From Macrostomum lignano (Eukaryota), in assembly GCA_002269645.1 (NCBI GenBank), contig NIVC01000449.1, positions 290,775-354,774 of the forward strand: a stretch of 64,000 bases of DNA. Reading direction: 5' to 3'. The notes under the pieces were generated by a model. That model was not told the origin of the DNA and ran no database searches. It saw nothing but the letters and a program-made list of their open reading frames with translations. The translations under genes were made by a program, and so were the position numbers. Within the stretch, counting starts at the first letter, position 1; each line of letters starts with the position of its first letter. Of this stretch, positions 12,246 to 25,100 are shown in pieces.

Positions 12246-15200
12246 ATGTACAACAGCGGCAGAGATGCCAGAGATGGCGACTCGGTCAATGCCGAGAAAG
12301 AGATTGCTTCTAGGAATGTGCAGGTAATAAATAGAGTTATGAATATTTTTAAATATCTATTATTGGCCTAACAGAGTGTACCTTCGCGATCATAGTAATT
12401 CAGGGCTCTCATCTTGATCTGCAGCTTGACGTTATTGAAGTTTCATTAAAATTGATTGAAAAAACCTGTCAGACTCCTCGTTTACAGATGACTCATATTT
12501 GGCAGATATAATATAGAGTTGGGATCGGGACCTGACAGTTTTGAGATTGGAATCGGGATTCTAGTGATCTGGATTGGGATCAGGATTACACTTACGTTGG
12601 GATTAAAACTGGAATCGGGATTACATTTGGAATGGAGATTGGGATCGGGGTTACATTTGGGATCAGGATTACATTTGGGATGGGGATTACATTTGGGATC
12701 GGAATTACATTTGGGATCAGGATTACATTTGGGATCGGGATTAAATTTGGGATCGGGATTAAATTAGGGATCAGGATTACATTTGGGATCGGATTACCAT
12801 TGGGATCGAGATTACAATTGGAATGGGGATTTTAGAAAACAGATTCCGGGATTTCAGTATCAGGAAGAATAGATATCCCAATTTTAACCTCTAATCTCGC
12901 ACCTGCTACCTTAATAACCCGCCGCCGCAGGTGCAAGCCAAGCGGTTCTATCTGGACGTGAAGCAGAATCGTAGGGGCCGATTTCTGAAAATAGCCGAAG
13001 TTGGGGCCAGCGGGCAGAAGAGCCGAATCCTGATGGGCATGAGCACTACAACAGAGTTTCGGGAGAAGCTGGACGAGCTGATCAAATATCACAAGCAGAC
13101 GGATTCTGGCGCCACAGATGGAGGCGATCAGCAGGCTTTCAAATTTCGATCGGAGACCATCGTCCGTGAGAACCGGCGCTACTTTCTCGACCTGAAAGAG
13201 AATCAGCGCGGCAAATTTCTGCGCATCGCTCAGCAGGTGTCGCCGTCTGGGATGCGCAACCAGATTGCCGTGCCTGTACAGGGCCTTGAGGACATGCGAG
13301 ACCGTCTGGTGGAGCTCATGGAGGAGTGCGGCACTGATGATATGGCTGGTGAGGGAGGGAGGGAAATCTGCTAAACCGAAGTTCAATTAATTTTCACTTC
13401 ATTAAAGTCTGGCAAACCTTAGACTACAAAGATGGTTAAATTTCGGTTCAGCGCTTGATTTAAGAAAATATTTGAAAGAAAAGTTTCTATTGTATTATGA
13501 GTAGTAAGCTGAAAATTCTCGAGACTGTGTATACATCAAGTTGCTCACTAAAAGTTTTCTTTTGGCCTAAAGCCTGATTTGATATACTAATTAATTTTAG
13601 AAATAGTTATCATTTGAAGGCCATTTAAAGGATTTTTTGTTTTCTTAAAAATATTGTGTCTTCACCTTTTTTAAAAATTAATACGTATCGTGCATTTTGT
13701 TATTTAACAATTGTTACGTTGCTAATTTCCAAGAATCACTTTGCCAGTCTCCAACAATCACATTGCCATTTTCCAAGAATCGTATTGTCGTTTTCCAAGA
13801 ATTACATTACCATTTTTTAAGAATCACATTGCTGTTTTCCAAGAATCACATTGCTGTTTTCCAAGAATCGCATTGCCAGTTTCCAAGAATCGCATTGCTG
13901 TTTTCCAAGAATCGCATTGGCAGTTTCCAAGAATCGCATTGGCAGTTTCCAAGAATCGCATTGCCAGTTTCCAAGAATCGCATTGGCAGTTTCCAAGAAC
14001 CACATTGCTGTTTTCCAAGAATCGCATTGGCAGTTTCCAAGAATCGCATTGCCAGTTTCCAAGAATCGCATTGCCAGTTTCCAAGAACCACATTGCTGTT
14101 TTCCAAGAATCGCATTGGCAGTATCCAAGAATCGCATTGCCAGTTTCCAAGAATCGCATTGCCAGTTTCCAAGAATCGCATTGCCAGTTTCCAAGAATCG
14201 CATTGCCAGTTTCCAAGAATCGCATTGCCAGTTTCCAAGAATCGCATTGCCAGTTTCCAAGAATCGCATTGCCAGTTTCCAAGAATCGCATTGCCAGTTT
14301 CCAAGAATCGCATTGCCAGTTTCCAAGAACCACTGCTGTTTTCCAAGAATCGCATTGGCAGTTTCCAAGAATCGCATTGCTGTTTTCCAAGAATCGCATT
14401 GGCAGTTTCCAAGAATCGCATTGCTGTTTTCCAAGAATCGCATTGGCAGTTTCCAAGAATCGCATTGCCAGTTTCCAGGAATCGCATTGCCAGTTTCCAA
14501 GAATCGCATTGGCAGTTTCCAAGAATCGCATTGCCAGTTTCCAAGAATCGCATTGGCAGTTTCCAAGAACCACATTGCTGTTTTCCAAGAATCGCATTGG
14601 CAGTTTCCAAGAATCGCATTGCTGTTTTCCAAGAATCGCATTGCCAGTTTCCAAGAATCGCATTGCCAGTTTCCAAGAATCACATTGCCAGTTTCCAAGA
14701 ATCGCATTGGCAGTTTCCAAGAATCGCATTGCCAGTTTCCAAGAATCGCATTGCCAGTTTTCAAGAATCGCATTGCCAGTTTCCAAGAATCGCATTGCCA
14801 GTTTCCAAGAATCGCATTGCCAGTTTTCAAGAATCGCATTGCCAGTTTCCAAGAATCACATTGCCAGTTTCCAAGAATCGCATTGCTATTTTCCCAGAAT
14901 CGCATTGCCAGTTTCCAAGAATCGCATTGCCAGTTTCCAAGAATCGCATTGGCAGTTTCCAAGAATCGCATTGCCAGTTTCCAAGAATCGCATTGGCAGT
15001 TTCCAAGAATCGCATTGCCAGTTTCCAAGAATCGCATTGCCAGTTTCCAAGAATCGCATTGCCAGTTTCCAAGAACCACTGCTGTTTTCCAAGAATCGCA
15101 TTGGCAGTTTCCAAGAATCGCATTGCTGTTTTCCAAGAATTGCATTGCTGTTTTCCAAGAATCGCATTGGCAGTTTCCAAGAATCGCATTGGCAGTTTCC

Positions 15201-16176
15201 AAGAATCGTATTGGCAGTTTCCAAGAACCACATTGCTGTTTTCCAAGAATCGCATTGCCAGTTTCCAAGAATCGCATTGCTGTTTTCCAAGAATCGCATT
15301 GGCAGTTTCCAAGAACCACATTGCTGTTTTCCAAGAATCGCATTGGCAGTTTCCAAGAATCGCATTGCTGTTTTCCAAGAATCGCATTGCCAGTTTCCAA
15401 GAATCGCATTGCCAGTTTCCAAGAATCACATTGCCAGTTTCCAAGAATCGCATTGGCAGTTTCCAAGAATCGCATTGCCAGTTTCCAAGAATCGCATTGC
15501 CAGTTTTCAAGAATCGCATTGGCAGTTTCCAAGAATCGCATTGGCAGTTTCCAAGAATCGCATTGCCAGTTTCCAAGAATCGCATTGCCAGTTTTCAAGA
15601 ATCGCATTGCCAGTTTCCAAGAATCACATTGCCAGTTTCCAAGAATCGCATTGCTATTTTCCCAGAATCGCATTGCTATTTTCCCAGAATCGCATTGCTA
15701 TTTTCCAAGAATCGCATTGCTATTTTCCCAGAATCGCATTGCTATTTTCCAAGAATCAAATCTTCAAGATTTTCTAAGAAACATCTGTTTTTTCGAGATT
15801 TGCTACCGCTATTTCTAAGAATTGCATTCCCGTCTTTTTTTCTAAGATACTCGTCCCCTTTAATATAAACATCCCATTTCTAAGAATTTCACGCCCCCCC
15901 TCTCTTTCCCAATCTCCCAAACCCACAGAGGGCGTGGAGCGCCTACCCGCCCCGAAATCGCTACGCGTAGACAACAAGATGTTCTACTTTGACGTTGGCG
16001 CCAACAGGCGCGGCATGTTCCTGCGCCTGTCTGAGGTGCGCGCCAACTTCCGTACGGCTGTCACCGTGCCGGAGAAGTCCTGGGCCAGCGTGCGCGACAT
16101 CCTGGACGAGTACATCGGCAAGATGGCTGAAGAGAATAAGGAGGACGCCAAGGAGGCTGACGAGAAGGAGCAGTGA
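12246..16176 (+). CDS. PURA: Pur-alpha-like single-stranded nucleic acid-binding protein, 247 aa
   Basis: join(12246..12323,12931..13348,15929..16176) with GT-AG introns in consistent phases 0 and 1. Three PUR repeats: [39 protein letters not shown] and [21 protein letters not shown]. Confidence 0.93.
12519..12830. repeat. 18-bp minisatellite (GGGATCGGGATTACATTT) in PURA intron 1
   Basis: Tandem units visible; 6-aa period in the translation. Confidence 0.85.
13720..15758. repeat. 22-bp minisatellite (CCAAGAATCGCATTGCCAGTTT) in PURA intron 2
   Basis: ~90 tandem units with degenerate edges; 22-aa period in the ORFs. Confidence 0.95.
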
Positions 16177-17266
16177 CCTTATCACCACTCCGTGCTCTGG
16201 GGATTTGGAGAGCACGGAAATTTGGAAATTTAATTAAATAAACCATAAGCTGCTAATGAATGTTATTGTGTTAAACAGCCTGGTTGATGGGTGACTGAGC
16301 TCTGTGCTCAGCTCAACTTATTTATTTGTGTTTGTTTTGAGACCAATATTTATTATGTCTAACCTTGTTTGTGTGTGGGGGGAAGCTGAATTCAATTAAT
16401 AATTAATTCGATTGGAGACACTGTATTTTAATACACAATCGCTTCCTACTTCTAATTATAAAAAATCAGTTTGTCTGTCTTGTGCTGTGTGTGTATTGTT
16501 GTTTCTTCTTCCATCTCAAAAAATGCCCTTTTCGGTAACTCTCTTATTGTCTCAGCGTTTCCCTTTGTCACTTTTTGTCCCCTGCAGGTACAGAAGCATT
16601 CACAGACAGGCACAGGTTTTAACAAAAAATGTTAGGCTTGTATTTTTCCCCCTTTATCGAATTTTGTTTGTCTAGGAGTGAAGAGATAAACATTGATTAA
16701 AAAAAACAATTGCAGCAATTTTTTTCGCAACCAATCTAACTTTTGGCATTTGTTATAACGCACCCAGTCCTTTATTGTTACTATATTATTATAAACATAA
16801 TTATTATTGCTATTATGTATTCATATGCCCATGTTTATCACACGCAATTATAAGCGGGTATATTTTCAAACTTAATCATAAATCAATGAAGCGGCTTGAG
16901 AAGACTCAAAAACTAATGGTACCATCTTTCTGGTTTCGAATGCTAAACTATTTAATTGTATTTAATGTCTATTTATAAGAAGTCTGTTGAACATCAATTA
17001 TACAACACTATAAACATATTTAATAAAATAAACTCATTCTTTGTTTTTTGACAGTCAAGTTTGAGGATAATAAAAAAACCCAGTTACGCCCGGTTTAAAG
17101 TTTGAGAAGCCAATCAGCTGGTACGAACTTCTCGCGCTGACGGTTGCTTAAAACCGAACTTTAGCGTGAACTGGTTCTGGTTGACTTTGTTTTGGATTGA
17201 AAAAAATGTTTCAAAAAATAATTTTTTCTGTCTTGTTTGATGCCTCTTGCTTATTTTGCAAAAAAA

Positions 17267-17865
17267 TCAGTGGTACCTGTCAGACATTGATGTCAGATAT
17301 CAGTGGTACCTGTCAGACATTGGGTGTGAGATATCAGTGGTACCTGTCAGACATTGGGTGTGAGATATCAGTGGTACCTGTCAGACATTGGGTGTCAGAT
17401 ATCAGTGGTACCTGTCAGACATTGGGTGTCAGATATCAGTGGTACCTGTCAGACATTGGGTGTCAGATATCAGTGGTACCTGTCAGACATTGGGTGTCAG
17501 ATATCAGTGGTACCTGTCAGACATTAGTGTCAGATATCAGTGGTACCTGTCAGGCATTGGGTGTCAGATATCAGTGGTACCTGTCAGACATTGGGTGTCA
17601 GATATCAGTGGTACCTGTCAGACATTGGGTGTCAGATATCAGTGGTACCTGTCAGACATTAGTGTCAGATATCAGTGGTACCTGTCAGACATTGGGTGTC
17701 AGATATCAGTGGTACCTGTCAGGCATTGGGTGTCAGATATCAGTGGTACCTGTCAGACATTGGGTGTGAGATATCAGTGGTACCTGTCAGACATTGGGTG
17801 TCAGATATCAGTGGTACCTGTCAGGCATTGGGTGTCAGATATCAGTGGTACCTGTTAGGCATTGG
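17267..17865. repeat. 34-bp minisatellite (GTGGTACCTGTCAGACATTGGGTGTCAGATATCA)
   Basis: Tandem units with 33-bp variants. Confidence 0.92.
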
Positions 17866-18554
17866 ATTCAAATGGCAGTGGTACCCGTCAGTTGTCTGTG
17901 GGGTGTCTCAGCCTTAAGTGTCGCTTGTATACTCGTCAGGCACTTTTAGGTAGTTTATGCTTGACCTTTTGTGTTACGCGTAACGTGTAAATTATAAATT
18001 AAAGCAAAAAAATACATGTACATGAAAGCAAGCATGCACTACTATTATCCATCGGTGAGTAAAATATATTATTTGAGCATGAACATTCTAGGTGTACTTT
18101 GTATTTTTAGTCATGCTTTTTATTTAACTGTGGCGTTCGTTTTATTACATCGCACACAAGCTGTTCTACTTATTTAGCAAACTGCAGTTTAGTAGTGTGT
18201 TTGCGCATTTGCTTGATACAGTAGTACATGACTTTTAAATGATTTTTTAAATCCTAAATCAAGTTTTCTGCAGACAGAGCAAAAATTTTGTAAAATCGCA
18301 TTATATAACATACTTAAACCATTAACTGCATGCTAAACTGAATGAGCAATGGGCATGTACATTTCATGTGCCAGATGAGTTCAAGAGACTGATCAGATAG
18401 AAAAAAATGTAGCTACGGAATTAACATGTATTAATTATTAAACACTAAATTTTGCGACACATTATTCGGAAATTACGCGCTTGTACGAGCGTATGATTGA
18501 TTGATTTTGTTGCAAAACATCATGTTATAAAATAATAATAGATTGTAATGCCAC

Positions 18555-19036
18555 TTTAAGATCGCAGTTAAGTCTCAGTTTAAGATCCCATTTTAGTCCC
18601 AGTTTAAGATCCCATTTTAGTCTGATCAGTTTAAGATCCCATTTTAGTCCCAGTTTAAAATCCCATTTTAGTCTCAGTTTAAGATCCCATTTTTAGTCCC
18701 AGTTTAAGATCCCATTTTAGTCCCAGTTAAAGATCCCATTTTAGTCTGATCAGTTTAAGATCCCATTTTAGTCTCAGTTTAAGATCCCATTTTAATCCCA
18801 CTTTAAGATCCCGTTTTAGTCCCACTGTAAGATCCCATTTTAATCCCACTGTAAGATCCCGTTTTAGTCCCACTGTAAGATCCCATTTTAATCCCACTGT
18901 AAGATCCCATTTTAGTCCCACTGTAAGATCCCATTTTAGTCCCACTGTAAGATCCCATTTTAGTCTCACTGCAATTGATCCCATTTTAATTCCACTTTAA
19001 AATCCCATTTTAGTCCCACCATATAAGATCCCATTT
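18555..19036. repeat. 24-bp minisatellite (TTAAGATCCCATTTTAGTCCCAGT)
   Basis: Tandem units just past the channel gene stop codon. Confidence 0.9.
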
Positions 19037-19111
19037 AGGCGTCTTACCATATGCATAGCATGGCATTATTTCATAATTCAAAAGTCTAGTAGTACAAGTA
19101 CATGCAGTAAG

Positions 19112-22100
19112 TCAGCCAGTCAGCAAGTAGAAGCACCAGTAGCACAAATTGAAAAGTACAAACAGTGACGGAAAAGCCAGCCTCGAATACTTGTCAATCT
19201 TGTTCACATCCTTGATCCTTGGTATTTGATTGCGAATATGTTTGGCCCTCTGTCGAATGTTGCTCATTAGACGGTAGCGTCGTTTTGCCTGCTGGTAGCT
19301 GGAGCAGTGATGGCTTTGTGAGTTCAAGCTGTACATCTGTGCCTGCTGCTGGTGCAGGTGATTGCCAGCTGACGATTGGTGATGACGCCTGTGACGCAGC
19401 TGGGACCGGAATCCGTGATGGTGATAACTGCTTCCGAACAGGTAACTGGGCCGGCTGATATACGGCAGGTGGGGACTCATTGGTGGGTACATGGGGATTG
19501 CTGGCGGCTGTCTGGGGTACACCTGAGCGGGCGGGTCGGCTGCAGATTCAACTCCGTTATCGTCTGAAGAATGTCCCGTTGGCTCGCCGTCAGAAGCGTT
19601 TGCTGATGCTGCTGCTCCAGATTCTACTGCTGAAGTATCATTGAGCTGCTGCTGCCGCAGACCACTCGCTCGAATCCCAATAATGGGAGAAAGTCGGTGC
19701 TGAGGCGGTGCTGCTCGGTCGAAATTGCCAGCGAAGTACTGCGGTGAGGTGTGATACAGGCAGGTCAAAATCATCAGTGACTGTTATCAGTGACTGCTAT
19801 CAGTGACTGCTATCAGTGACTGTTATCAGTCACTGTTATCAGTGACTGTTATCAGTGACTGCTATCAGTGACTGTTATCAATGACTGCTATCAGTGACTG
19901 TTATCAATGACTGCTATCAATGACTGCTATCAGTGACTGTTATCAATGACTGTTATCAATGACTGCTATCAGTGACTGTTATCAGTGACTGCTATCAGTG
20001 ACTGTTATCAATGACTGTTATCAGTGACTGTTATCAGTGACTGCTATCAGTGACTGTTATCAGTGACTGTTATCAGTGACTGTTATCAGTGACTGCTATC
20101 AGTGACTGTTATCAGTGACTGTTATCAGTGACTGTTATCAATGACTGTTATCAGTGACTGTTATCAATGACTGTTATCAATGACTGTTATCAATGACTGC
20201 TATCAATGACTGTTATCAGTGACTGCTATCAGTGACTGTTATCAATGACTGCTATCAGTGACTGTTATCAATGACTGCTATCAGTGACTGTTATCAATGA
20301 CTGCTATCAATGACTGCTATCAGTGACTGTTATCAATGACTGTTATCAATGACTGTTATCAATGACTGTTATCAGTGACTGTTATCAGTGACTGTTATCA
20401 GTGACTGTTATCAGTGACTGTTATCAGTGACTGCTATCAGTGACTGTTATCAGTGACTGTTATCAGTGACTGTTATCAGTGACTGCTATCAGTGACTGTT
20501 ATCAATGACTGCTATCAGTGACTGTTATCAATGACTGTTATCAATGACTGTTATCAATGACTGTTATCAATGACTGTTATCAATGACTGTTATCAATGAC
20601 TGTTATCAATGACTGTTATCAATGACTGTTATCAGTGACTGTTATCAATGACTGTTATCAGTGACTGTTATCAGTGACTGTTATCAGTGACTGTTATCAG
20701 TGACTGTTATCAGTGACTGCTATCAGTGACTGTTATCAGTGACTGTTATCAGTGACTGTTATCAGTGACTGCTATCAGTGACTGTTATCAATGACTGCTA
20801 TCAGTGACTGTTATCAATGACTGTTATCAGTGACTGTTATCAGTGACTGTTATCAGTGACTGTTATCAGTGACTGTTATCAGTGACTGCTATCAGTGACT
20901 GTTATCAGTGACTGTTATCAGTGACTGTTATCAGTGACTGTTATCAGTGACTGTTATCAGTGACTGTTATCAGTGACTGTTATCAGTGACTGTTATCAGT
21001 GACTGCTATCAGTGACTGTTATCAATGACTGCTATCAGTGACTGTTATCAGTGACTGTTATCAGTGACTGTTATCAGTGACTGTTATCAGTGACTGTTAT
21101 CAGTGACTGTTATCAGTGACTGTTATCAGTGACTGTTATCAGTGACTGTTATCAGTGACTGCTATCAGTGACTGTTATCAATGACTGCTATCAGTGACTG
21201 TTATCAGTGACTGTTATCAGTGACTGTTATCAGTGACTGTTATCAGTGACTGTTATCAGTGACTGTTATCAGTGACTGTTATCAGTGACTGTTATCAATG
21301 ACTGTTATCAGTGACTGTTATCAGTGACTGTTATCAGTGACTGTTATCAGTGACTGTTATCAATGACTGTTATCAGTGCCTTATCAGTGATCAGTAATTG
21401 CTATCAATGATGGTTATAGAAGTGAAAAAAATACATGTAGTTACCGAATTATCCATAAAGCTGGTATTTGCCAGATTCTCTTCTCCATCTTTCAATCGTT
21501 TGGCCTTCCGCTTGGCCCTGGCGCCCCAGTAGGTGTAGTTGACCATGGCGTACTCGAGCAACGCGGCGAACACGAACACAAAGCACATGACCAGGTAGAT
21601 GTCTATGGCCTTCACGTAGCTTATGCGAGGTAGCGAGGATCTCACGCCGGTGCTTATGGTTGTCATGGTGAGCACGGTTGTGATGCCTGCAAGATGGTGG
21701 TTCGGGTAAAATATTTTATTGGCATTTTTTCGAATAAGATAGCTTAATAAGAATTACAGATTGATAATGAGGATTTCAGATTGATAATGAGGATTTCAGA
21801 TTGATAATGAGGATTTCAGATTGATAATGAGGATTTCAGATTGATAATAAGGATTTCAGATTGATAATGTGGATTTCAGATTGATAATAAGGATTTCAGA
21901 TTGATAATAAGGATTTCAGATTGATAATGTGGATTTCAGATTGATAATGAGGATTTCAGATTGATAATGTGGATTTCAGATTGATAATGTGGATTTCAGA
22001 TTGATAATAAGGATTTCAGATTGATATAATGTGGATTTCAGATTGATAATAAGGATTTCAGATTGATAATGAGGATTTCAGATTGATAATGAGGATTTCA

Positions 22101-25100
22101 GATTGATAATAAGGATTTCAGATTGATAATGTGGATTTCAGATTGATAATGAGGATTTCAGATTGATAATGAGGATTTCAGATTGATAATGAGGATTTCA
22201 GATTGATAATGTGGATTTCAGATTGATAATGAGGATTTCAGATTGATAATGTGGATTTCAGATTGATAATGAGGATTTCAGATTGATAATAAGGATTTCA
22301 GATTGATAATGTGGATTTCAGATTGATAATGAGGATTTCAGATTGATTATGATGATGTCAGATTGATTATGAGGATGTCAGATTGATTATGAGGATGTCA
22401 GATCGATATTCAGGATGACAGATTGATAATGAGGATGTCAAATTGATTATTAGGATGTCAGATCGATATTCAGGATGACAGATTGACAATGAGGATGTCA
22501 GATTGATTATTAGGATGTCAGATCGATATTCAGGATGACAGATTAACAATGAGGATGTCAGATTGATTATGAGGATGTCAGATCGATATTCAGGATGACA
22601 GATTGACAATGAGGATGTCAGATTGATTATGAGGATGTCAGATCGATATTCAGGATGACAGATTGATAATGAGGACGTCAGATAATTGACAGCTCACCCA
22701 GAGCAACCCGGGCGGATGTTGCCTCGTGGTTGATCCAAAAGGACACCCAGGACAGCATGACAATGAGTATGGAGGGCAGGTAGGTTTGAAACACAAAGAA
22801 ACCAACATTCCTGCGCAGTCGGAACACCAGCGACAATCGCTGGTAGGCACCTGAAATTGGAAGCCATATATGGAACTGGTTGTCAGGGGGAACTGGATCT
22901 CTAATTATAGAACACAAACTTCCCCAATTCAGGGAGTCATTTTGGCTGCTGATTAATTAATCAACTAGACTCAAGTACTTCCTCTTGCGTGACCCCAAAG
23001 GCAGTTTTTGTTTTACTGCTAATTGACCAAAATTTTTTATAATACTGGGTTGATCTATTTTTAGAATGGTTGGCGCTCACCCGTTGACAAAGAGATGGTT
23101 GTTGTGCCGACTTCGAAATGTTCCAAAGTGAATTGCGGCATTTTCACTCTGTCAGCCCCATCAACTGCAGACTGCCCGTTTTTCCATTGCATCGTAACGT
23201 CCTCTGTGGGGTAGCCGTCTGCGGGTGGGGAGTTTCAATGTTGGGGAAATTTAGTGTCGGGTATATTAGATGTAGGGGATATTTTACCTAGGGGATATTT
23301 GATGTAGGGGATATTTTACTTAGGGGGATATTTGATGTAGGGGATATTTTACTTAGGGGATATTTGATGTAGGGGATGTTTGATGTAAGGATATTTGATG
23401 TAGGGGATATTTGATGTTAGGGGATATTTGATGTAGGGGATGTTTGATGTTAGGGGATATTTGATGTAGGGGATATTTGATTAGGGGATATTTGATTAAG
23501 GGGATATTTGATGTTGATGTGGCCGCAGCCTTCTGCTGCAAGCATAGGGCCGCAGTCACATCTTAGGCGCTGCTGTCCGCTGCTAGTATCTGGAATAGGA
23601 ATTTTTCTGCTGCCTCCAAGCACTCTAAGCAGCCTTCCTTGGCGCTCAGAAGTTGCACAATATGGCGCAATCTTTTGACATAGGAAATTAGGAAGTTTTG
23701 CCTAGCCTAGGGTTAGTTAGTGGAAGCCGCCAAATTTGGCGCTTGCCTGTACTGTTGTTGCCTGGCCTGCCGCGTACAATCGCTCAGTGTACGCAAGTCT
23801 AGTTAGCCGCACTCCTCCCCCGTGCGCTCTCTGGACCCTTCCCCTTCTGCTCTCTCGTTCCTCCTGCGTCCGAGCCTCTCCCCATGCGTCATTCTATTTT
23901 TAGACTGAGGGTTTCGCGGACCCCGTGTCCCGAGCTGAACCCTCCCTCACGTGCAGCCTTGTGCGCACAAGCCCAAATTTGGCATGCTATTGTCACTGGT
24001 GGCTTGAGGCGACTGTCGGCGCTTCGTACAAGCTACTTTCTCCCCCATGTTTAATCAATATCTGTTGTGCATCATTATCCGCACTTTTCGGGCTGCAGTT
24101 CCATGGTCAAGCCACGGAATGCCCAAACGCTCCACCCTCCGCGTTCTATATTAACGAATGCAGGCCCGCTTGTCTGAATTTTTCCTCAGAACCGTTTTGA
24201 CCGCTGGTCAGACTTGTCGAGAGCCTTCTCCAAGTCAAGCGCTCTAGCGCCGGTTAACAGCGAAGCAAAGCTCCTGAGCAGGTCTTGGTAGAGCTTTAAG
24301 CATCGCTAAGCAGCTGCAAGCTCCTGAGCAGGTCTTGGTAGAGCATTGCAGCGCTCAAGCAGAAAGCACGCTTCTGAGCAGGTCTTGGTAGAGCATTGCT
24401 AGTGCTATAGCTCTGGTTTTCCAGCCTACCCTATTGGCAGGAAATCAGTTAGCTGAAGCCATTCTGCTAGTGTCTATTCGCGACACAGGCGCGAATAAGA
24501 GTGAGAGTGAGTGTGCAGACGCAGCACTCGTGCGCGATCCTAAGACTAGCTGTTAGTTTATAGGCCTAGAGTCTATTGCTGCTTCAGGCGCATAGACCTA
24601 TTCCTCGCCGCCCATCTGCGCGAGACGTAGCTATTAGGTTAGTAGGAGTTAGGGGTCCTCTGAGAGCTAAACTCAGACACGCTCAAGCGCGGACATTTGT
24701 CAGTGCCAGGACTGCGCCGCTCAGGCCATTTGCTACCATTGAGTCCTGTCACTTGGACATTGAAATATCTGAGACTAGTTGTTCTAGCGTTATTTATTTG
24801 CGTGGAGCCCAAACAGACCCCTTCATTGCGGATCCTACGGTTCCCACGCTGGTGGCAGCACTACCCTTAATTTTAGATTTCCCCAGTCTCAACCCCCACA
24901 AGCGTGCTTGCTAAGGTTGCCTCGGCCAATAGCAGTCCGCCTCACCCTAGCAGCCAGATACCGAGACACAACACTGGTGGCAGCGGTGGGATACCAAGAT
25001 TTACAGACCCGAGCCAAGGCAATCAGAAGCAAGGGCACTTTACTGGTGGAGCAGCGGTTGGGATTACGATACCGACTCCAACTCCGGACCAAATAGTTAG

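Noticed and set aside
12832-13386. Antisense 184-aa ORF (and other antisense ORFs over gag/pol and the channel exons)
   Set aside because: Shadow ORFs of GC-rich coding sequence
13697-15868. Multiple 250-720-aa ORFs on both strands
   Set aside because: Translations of a stop-free 22-bp satellite lying inside a well-defined PURA intron
17080-17175. Weak inverted repeat CCAGTT...AACTGG
   Set aside because: Too degenerate, with no TSD, to call a MITE
23925-24914. LTR-encoded ORFs of 91 and 112 aa present twice
   Set aside because: The duplication is just LTR identity; no motifs, and one uses a non-ATG start
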